Assembly: GCA_965215195.1 (NCBI GenBank)
Contig: CBDCDC010000002.1
Location: 3,136,001-3,200,000 of the forward strand
Direction of reading: 5' to 3'
Length of the DNA: 64,000 nucleotides
Source: Candidatus Latescibacterota bacterium
GTDB taxonomy: Bacteria; Latescibacterota; UBA2968; UBA8231
Part shown: piece by piece, positions 57,461 through 64,000 of the stretch
How the letters are laid out: each line of letters begins with the position of its first letter
Numbering within the stretch: position 1 is the stretch's first letter
Program-made: the position numbers and the translations under genes
The notes under the pieces: model-generated
What the model was told of the DNA's origin: nothing
Seen by the model: the letters and a program-made list of their open reading frames with translations, nothing else
Database searches by the model: none

Positions 57461-59960
57461 CGCGTCCGCTCCGTCGTTTGAGTCCGCGCAGCGCACCGCG
57501 CTCTCCGGGGTCTATTTCCCGCGCCCGCGCAAAGGCTGCGGCCGCCCGCTCTCCATCCTTTTCGAGCAGGGCAATCGTCCCGAGCACGGTGTGCCGCCGG
57601 GCGGTCAAGCGCCGCTCAAGCACTTGTACAACCTCTGTGGGAATGTCTGCCGATAGATGCGGTCGAGGATTGACGACTAGGTGCGCGGCCAAGCTCTTGA
57701 GTACGGGTAGGCCGCCGCTGGTGCCGCGGCGGCCGCGGTCGGTAAAGCTGATGTAGGGGCGGTCGTCCGTATTGATCGGCCCGCTGCCCGCGTAGGCCGC
57801 TAGCTCCTTTTCGCCCAAGACTAAGGCGCTCAAAAAAGAGGGCGGATCGCCCAGATCTACCGAGCGCAAATTCGCCCGCACCGCCGGCTGCCCTAGCTTG
57901 CGCTCGAGCGCAGCGTAGTCTATGAGCAGTGCGTCCGGCGTGCCCAGCAGGATCGAGTACTGATGGGTCAGCCACAGCGAAGCGTGCGGATACACGGCCC
58001 GGAAGGTCCGCAGAATCATCTTATAGTCCTCCACCGACAGCCCGTGCAGCGGCAGCCACTGGGCGACCAGCCCGTCCGCGCCGACGCGGCCGCGGCAGAG
58101 CCGGTAGAACTCCTCGGTATAGAGCACCCAGCTATCGGCCGTGCCCGGATGCGTGGCGTCGCAGATGATGGCGTCGTATTGCCGCGGCGTGCGCAGCACG
58201 TGGTTGCGGCCGTCTTCAGCGACCAGTTCGATGGGTGCTTGGTGGAGGCGGGTGGCGATCTGGCGGTTGTAGCGGGCAAAATAGGGCGCAGCTCGCGGGA
58301 CGCCCGGCACCAGTTCGGCGCAGTCGAGGCGCACCGGCTGGTGCAATTCGGCTGCGGACAGGGTGATGCCGCCGCCAAAAGCAATGACCAGCACTTCGGC
58401 TGGATCGGGGTGCAAGACCAGCGGCAGGTGCCCCAGCAGGCGGAAGGTCTGTAGGGAGGCGTAGTCTGTGGGGACCTCGCCGCCGCCGTTGACCTTGAGG
58501 ATCCGTACGCCATCCTGTTTCTGGTGGACCGAGACCGTGGCACCAGCACCCTCGTCCCAGTAGAGCAAGCGGCTGTTTGGCTCGGACCAGTGGAACAGCT
58601 CCACGAAGAGGCCGGCCGGCAAAAGCAGCGTCAGGGCCAAGCCCAGCGCCAAGCCGCCGACCGTGCGCACGGCCTTTTTGCGCGCCTGCGCGGCCGGGTC
58701 CAGCGCCAAAACCACCGCGCCGACGGCGATATTGACCCACGCCAACACTTGGATGCTCCGATAGGTGCCCAGCAGAGGGAGCAGCACAAACCCGGCGACC
58801 AGTGCGCCGGCAATGGCTCCGAGGGTATTGGCGGCGTACACAGTGCCGACGCCGCGGCCTAGCTGCTCAATGCGCGGGATGCACACCTTGGCCGCGATGG
58901 GAAAGAGCAGCCCCATCAGCAGGGTCGCCGGGAGCATTACGACGAAGGCGGCGACGAACAGCTTGGACAGATGGCCCTCCCACGAGAGTGCGCCGCCCCA
59001 CGCTTCGACGATATAGGGTATGCTGCCAAAGGCGGCAATTGAGCTTAGGCCACACAGCCCGATGAGCAGCTCCACCGCGCCAAAAGCCGCCAGCGGCGTA
59101 CGCCAGCGATCGCTCAAACGCGCCCCGAGCGCGGCCCCACCGGCCAACCCCAGCAGGAAGGCGACGAGGATCGTGCTCAGGCTTTGGGCGGTGGCACTTT
59201 GCAGGAGCATCGCCAAAAGCCGCGTCCACAGCACCTCGTAGCCGAGGGCCACAAATCCCGAAAGCGCAAATCCTGCCAAGACTAATTGACCCTCTAAGAT
59301 GGTGGGTGCGGCACTGCGCTCTACGCTCGTCTGCTCTTGCTGGCCATCGCGGCTCCAGCAATAGGCGACCACGGCGATGAGCAGGTTGCCGGCCGCCGCC
59401 GCATAGGTAGTGCCGCTGACGCCCAGATGTTCAAGCGCGAAAAAGGCCGCGGCCGCACATCCTGTGGCCGCGCCTAGCGTATTGGCCGCGTACAGGCGTC
59501 CCATATCCCCGCCGACTCGCTCCAAGCGGTGCGCCACGGCCTTGCTCAGCGTCGGCAGGGTGGCCCCCATGAGGGTGGTCGGCACCAGCAGCAGCGCGAA
59601 CGCGAGCAGCAAGCGGACGAGTACAAAGGCCCCGTCTATACCCTGCAAAGAGCCGTATAGTGCCGTGTACATCTCGTCTAAGCCCGCAAGCAAAAGCGGG
59701 AATATCAGGGCAAAGACGCCTATGCCCAGTTCCAGCAGCGCGTAGAGCCGCAGGCCGTTGCCCCGCCGGTCAGCTACCCGTCCACACCAATAGCTACCTA
59801 GGGCGAGACCGGCCATAAAGGCGGCCAAAACAATACTGACGGCAAAGGTGCTGACGCCGAACACGGGCATCAACATGCGCACCCACACGACTTGATAGAC
59901 GAGGGAGCAGGCTCCGGAGAAAAAGAACAGGATTAGCAGGGCCAAGGGGGTTTTGCTCAC
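57447..59960 (-). CDS. Fused membrane domain/spermidine-synthase-like protein
   Basis: FFSGACSLVYQVVW, LMGATLP, LYAANTLG (duplicated TM module); EDGRNHV..YDAIICDATHP..LYTEEFY. Confidence 0.9.
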   Translation of the reverse strand: MSKTPLALLILFFFSGACSLVYQVVWVRMLMPVFGVSTFAVSIVLAAFMAGLALGSYWCGRVADRRGNGLRLYALLELGIGVFALIFPLLLAGLDEMYTALYGSLQGIDGAFVLVRLLLAFALLLVPTTLMGATLPTLSKAVAHRLERVGGDMGRLYAANTLGAATGCAAAAFFALEHLGVSGTTYAAAAGNLLIAVVAYCWSRDGQQEQTSVERSAAPTILEGQLVLAGFALSGFVALGYEVLWTRLLAMLLQSATAQSLSTILVAFLLGLAGGAALGARLSDRWRTPLAAFGAVELLIGLCGLSSIAAFGSIPYIVEAWGGALSWEGHLSKLFVAAFVVMLPATLLMGLLFPIAAKVCIPRIEQLGRGVGTVYAANTLGAIAGALVAGFVLLPLLGTYRSIQVLAWVNIAVGAVVLALDPAAQARKKAVRTVGGLALGLALTLLLPAGLFVELFHWSEPNSRLLYWDEGAGATVSVHQKQDGVRILKVNGGGEVPTDYASLQTFRLLGHLPLVLHPDPAEVLVIAFGGGITLSAAELHQPVRLDCAELVPGVPRAAPYFARYNRQIATRLHQAPIELVAEDGRNHVLRTPRQYDAIICDATHPGTADSWVLYTEEFYRLCRGRVGADGLVAQWLPLHGLSVEDYKMILRTFRAVYPHASLWLTHQYSILLGTPDALLIDYAALERKLGQPAVRANLRSVDLGDPPSFLSALVLGEKELAAYAGSGPINTDDRPYISFTDRGRRGTSGGLPVLKSLAAHLVVNPRPHLSADIPTEVVQVLERRLTARRHTVLGTIALLEKDGERAAAAFARAREIDPGERGALRGLKRRSGRATVP

Positions 59961-60388
59961 GGCCGGTCCTTTGTGAAATGATCTAATCCTTGATATTGAA
60001 ATGCACTGCAAGATGAACATAAACTTTGAGTGGGATTCAAGGGTCTAAACACAATGTCTCGTTTGCTGAAGCTCAACTTGCGTTTTCGCATCATCGCCGC
60101 TGATGTCAAACACAGCCCCCTTTTTGTTTTGGAAAAGTTGAGGGCGTTTTACGTAGCGAAAAGGCAATCTCCGCATTTTTGGTGCCGGTTATTGGCGCGA
60201 ACGGCGGTACGCCCGCCAACGCCGCCGATCTCGCGGCCCTCGTGATGGATCGGCTGGGTGAGATCGCTCGCAAAATTCGCGGCGGTCCCACTTCCGATTG
60301 GCACCAGTATTGGAATGTCGATCAATACAACCGACCGACAGGTGAGAAGCCAGAGGACGCCTGCCGCGATAATCTGTTATCGGACTTA

Positions 60389-61321
60389 GAGCCTATCCTA
60401 ATAACCCGGCGGCTCTGAACGCAATAAGAGCACAGGCGAAATGCAGAAAGGCGATGTAGTTGCCAGGCGACTTGTCCCAGCGGATCAAGATGCGCCGGAA
60501 GCGGTTCATCCAACTGTGGGTGCGTTCGACCACCCAGCGCCGGGCTTTGAAGCCGGCTTCCCGTTTGATGGCCTGCGCCTCTTCGCCCCGGCTGCGGATG
60601 TGGGCGGTGAAGCCAAACGCCTGCAGGGTCTGACGCACCTCGTCATAGTCATAGCCTTTGTCCACGCATAGCCCTTGGGGGGTCTCCGGAGCGGGCTTGG
60701 GGCGCGGCACCGGGCTGCTGTCCACCGTGGCCTGGACCAGCTTCATGTCGTGGCGGTTGGCCCCCTCCACTACCAAGCCCACCGGCAGGCCTTGGGCTTC
60801 GGTCAACACACTGCGTTTGACCCCCGTCTTGCCCCGGTCCGTGGGGTTGGGACCGGTTTTTTCCCCCGCCCAGGGGCGCTTTGGTCACGGCTCCGTCCAT
60901 GCTCAACCAACGCCAGTCCAGCCCCTTCAATTCATCGAACCGTTCCAGCCCCGTCCGCCAGAGGGCTAAGAACACCCCGGCCGCAGCCCATTCTTGGAAG
61001 CGCAGGTGGGCCGTGGAGCCAGAGCAGATGCCGGTGGCATCCAACGCCTTCCACTGGCACCCGGTGCGTAGCACGTAGAAGATACCATTGGCGCAGGTCC
61101 GGTCCGGCACCCGGGGACGGCCTCCGCCCAAAGGATGGGTATTGACCCGCGGGGGAATCAGCGGGGCCAGCACCTCCCACAGCGCATCGGATACCTGGAA
61201 GGAGCCGGTGGTGGGATTGACCGGCACCGCCGGGCCGGTACGCTTGGGACGCGGTGGCTTGGGTTCTTTTGCTTGAGTCATGCCCCTAGTTTAACTTGAA
61301 TGTCGTTTTTAGGATAGGCTC
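60389..61321 (-). mobile_element. IS5-family insertion sequence (IS1031/IS427-like), 933 bp
   Basis: TIRs GAGCCTATCCTAA / TTAGGATAGGCTC; TTA duplication at 60386-60388 and 61322-61324. Confidence 0.93.
60393..61281 (-). CDS. IS5-family transposase in two ORFs joined by a probable -1 frameshift
   Basis: orfA GIFYVLRTGCQW..MDGAVTKAP; orfB GPNPTDRGK..DKGYD..RWVVERTHSW; slippery GGGGGAAAAAA at 60857-60867. Confidence 0.9.
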
Positions 61322-61705
61322 TTAGAAGATAAGCTGAAGCGATTAGGCATTGACGCCCAACCCGAAGGGCAGTACGCCAATGGCAAACGTGCGGACATTC
61401 GAGTTTACTTCGGAGGCTTCAACGTGCCGGTGGAAATAAAAAAAAACAAGCATCCCGATCTCTGGAGCACCCTGCGAAACCAGTTGATCCTTCAGTACGC
61501 GAGCGACCCAGACACCGACGGATACGGCATCTACTTGGTATTCTGGTTCGGCAAAGACCGCACGCCGCCACCACCCTCCGGCACCCGCCCGGCTAATGTC
61601 GAAGGGCTAAAAAAGCGACTAGAAGCGACGCTGTCGCCCGACGAAGCGCACAAAATCTCGATCTGCACAATTGACGTAAGCCAACCGCATTAATCGCAAC
61701 AATCG

Positions 61706-62098
61706 CTATCCGGCGTTTTCAATCGGCTGGTGGAAGTAGTAGCAAAGCCCGTCGGGAGCGACTACGAAGAAAACTTGGTACTTCTTTCCATCGCGCTCTT
61801 CTACTCGCCAATTGCCCGTCTCGACGCCGTTTGCCTCTAGCTCGTCGCGGGCCTTGTGGATGTCGTTCACCAGAATGGCCGCGCCTTCTTGGCTGGCGTC
61901 ACCGCCGTTGACCGCAAACCCGATCTGCACACCATCGCGTTCGAGAATGACCGTTGGCACGGGGTCGTCGCGCCTTTCGACCTCCACGAGTCCAAAGGCC
62001 GCGCCGTACCACTTGGCGGCTTGGTCGAGGTCTTCCACCGGCAAGGCGAGGATGTCCTCGGCATACGGAAAAGCGGCTTCGTATAGTTTTCCTGCCAT
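61706..62098 (-). CDS. VOC/glyoxalase family protein
   Basis: LPVEDLDQAAKWY..FFVVAPDGLCYYF. Confidence 0.85.
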   Translation of the reverse strand: MAGKLYEAAFPYAEDILALPVEDLDQAAKWYGAAFGLVEVERRDDPVPTVILERDGVQIGFAVNGGDASQEGAAILVNDIHKARDELEANGVETGNWRVEERDGKKYQVFFVVAPDGLCYYFHQPIENAG

Positions 62099-62230
62099 CA
62101 CGTCTTGTTCCTCCGATTCTGATGCGATGTTGTTCAGTTGCGGTTGGTATGGATAAAAGCGGATTGGCATAGGCTGGTCAACTGGGACTACCGGCACTCG
62201 ACGAGAGCCGACTGACGATCGGAGAAATGC

Positions 62231-62320
62231 TTGACAGAAGCGTGGGAGGTCGAGATCGTTGACTACCGAGTATGACTATCAAACGGGAAAAACTCCACAG
62301 GCAAGAGGTCGATCTTGGTG
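62231..62320 (+). pseudogene. Remnant higB/higA junction
   Basis: TEAWEVEIVDY (HigB-type C-terminus) followed at once by ATG at 62272, MTIKREKLHRQEVDL (HigA-type N-terminus). Confidence 0.5.
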
Positions 62321-62386
62321 CGCGGCGAGCGGGCCTACACCGGGCATCCCCATCGGTTCCCCCAGCCCAAAGAAAGGTAAAAGGCA

Positions 62387-63617
62387 GTGACTACTTGGGA
62401 AGATAACATCCGGCAAGCGCGGGCCGTGGCACTCGAAATCCTGCAACCGTCCGCATCGCAGTTGGAGCACGGGTTGGCCTTGCACCGCGACGCCATCGTG
62501 TGTGAGTCGTACAGCCTCGGGCTGCTGGCGCCGATTGATGGCGAGGCCATGGCGCGGGCCGTGGAGGCGCGGGCTTCGGAGGTTGAGCTACAGTACCTGT
62601 CCGAGCAGATGCGAATGACGCGCTGGGCCTACGACGAAGCACTAAAAGCCGAGTACTTGGGGGCTTGGGAGGCGTCCGGGGTGACGTGGCGCCTTGCAAA
62701 ACGCCGGCGAGGAGGGCAACGACCCCATGCGCATGTTGGGGCGGCTGGCGCACTATACGCATCTGACCGATCGCCTGCGCGACCACGTGGCGCGCGCGGC
62801 CTTCCCCGACGACATCGTCGCCGCAAAAGCCGCTGGACGGCACTGCATCTACCAGACGTGTAACGGCGTACCCCTCTCAGGAGAGCAGGCCACAGTTGAG
62901 CAGGAGCTGCGTTTCGTCAGCCAGTTCTTCGAGCTCGGCTGCCGCATGATGCACTTAACCTACAACCGCCGCAATCCGATTGGCGATGGCTGTGCCGAGC
63001 CGGCCAACGCCGGTTTGAGCGACTTTGGCCGCGCCGCGATCGCCGAGATGAACGAGGTCGGCGTGATTGCCGACGTGGCCCACTCGGGCTGGCAGACCTG
63101 CCTAGAAGCGGCCGAAGCCTCGCAAAAGCCGATTGTCTCCAGCCATTCGGCCTGCGCGGCCCTGAACCGCCACCATCGCTGCAAGCCGGACGACGTGATG
63201 CGGGCAATAGCCGACAAGGGCGGGACCGTGGGCATCACCAATGTGCCGGCCTTTGTCGGCGGCAGCGGCTGCATCGACGCCATGCTCAACCACATCGACC
63301 ACGCGGTGAAAGTCGTCGGCGTCGATCACGTGACGATTGGCACGGATCGAGCCTACATTAGCTGCCGCGCCAAGGAAGAGAGCGCCAAGGTGCCGGCGCG
63401 GCCGGGCAGCCGCCAGCGCTGGGAGGCACTGTGGGAGGTCAACGACCCGGTGCAACGCCCTGAGTGGCGCCAAGAGCGCATGTTCCAGAGCACGGCGTGG
63501 ACCAACTTCCCACTGTTTACGGTCGGCATGGTGCAACGCGGTTATGCCGATGACGACATCCGCAAAATCCTCGGCGGCAACATCCTCAGAGTTGCTCGGG
63601 AGGTACTGGGAGAGTAG
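62387..63617 (+). pseudogene. Membrane dipeptidase (peptidase M19) family gene with a single frameshift
   Basis: Removing one G near 62688 restores GVTCALQNAGEE; HLTYNRRN, GLSDFG, DVAH, SHS, IGTD motifs. Confidence 0.8.
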
Positions 63618-63699
63618 GGAGCCGACGCCCAAGCCCAGCCAAACGCGCGAGGACGCCCCCAATACCATAGACACACGACCCGATCTGGCGAATTTGAAG

Positions 63700-64000
63700 T
63701 CGAAATCTACAGCGGCGCAGGTGAGTTCGTCGCCCTGATAGCAAACGACGTCTCCCGGACGTCCACCGACAATATCCGCCTCGTTAATCGCTTGTCTCTC
63801 CACGCGGTCAAAGATGCCAAATCGCTGGCCGATAGTACGCATCAGAGCGGCCACTATAATCTGCGGACGCTCGCCGCCACTTGATTCTGCCAGATAGTCC
63901 AACACGATGCTTGCAGTAGCGTTCAGCGATATGCGCTGTGGCACGTCAAAACTGACTACCAACGCATTATACTGCCGAGCCAACGATGCCAGACAGTAGC
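63700..64000 (-). pseudogene. Fragment resembling a SacI-like restriction endonuclease (5' part outside the window)
   Basis: ESSGGERPQIIVAAL..INEAD..GRPGDVVCY; lower GC; expected E-x-K motif absent and sequence changes character near 63705. Confidence 0.4.

Larger units (their letters stand above)
60179..61693 (+). pseudogene. IS-interrupted, 5'-truncated PD-(D/E)xK nuclease-like domain
   Basis: 60179-60388 joins 61325-61693 in frame: KPEDACRDNLLSDL|EDKLKRLGIDAQPEGQYANGKRADI..VPVEIKK..LWSTLRNQL..GYGIYLVFWFG. Confidence 0.75.

Noticed and set aside
63102-63700. 3' part of the 293-aa minus-strand ORF
   Set aside because: Antisense shadow of the dipeptidase gene

Overview
GC-rich bacterial chromosomal DNA with about 50 intact CDSs and no rRNA, tRNA, cas genes or integrase that I could see. 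The gene content includes a WD40/Ig-like/FlgD-Ig secreted protein, two PhyH dioxygenases, three Gfo/Idh/MocA oxidoreductases, NHL and gluconolactonase propellers and an ASPIC/UnbV protein. This resembles Latescibacterota- or Poribacteria-type bacteria, often host-associated (inference only). Core genes are pdxS, pdxT, fhs, a SpoU methylase, a ClC channel, a COG3014-LpoB envelope operon, and a sigma54 two-component system with a MacAB-like ABC exporter. Between them lie many gene remnants. Highlights: (1) a three-copy family of small elements with terminal inverted repeats, 9-bp target duplications and a REP-like core found in either orientation; (2) a decayed integron-cassette-like region at 31.8-35.9 kb with attC-like sites; (3) a 6-TM voltage-sensor channel with a phage-tail-like Gly-rich repeat inserted in the S1-S2 loop and a TGGYAD filter; (4) a ClC with Gln in place of the gating Glu; (5) a 37-37-37 bp repeat-spacer-repeat; (6) an IS5-family element splitting a PD-(D/E)xK nuclease remnant; (7) five toxin-antitoxin loci in different stages of decay; (8) apparent CCWGG erosion in resident genes but not in the IS. 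All calls come from reading the sequence and recalling motifs; no searches were run.
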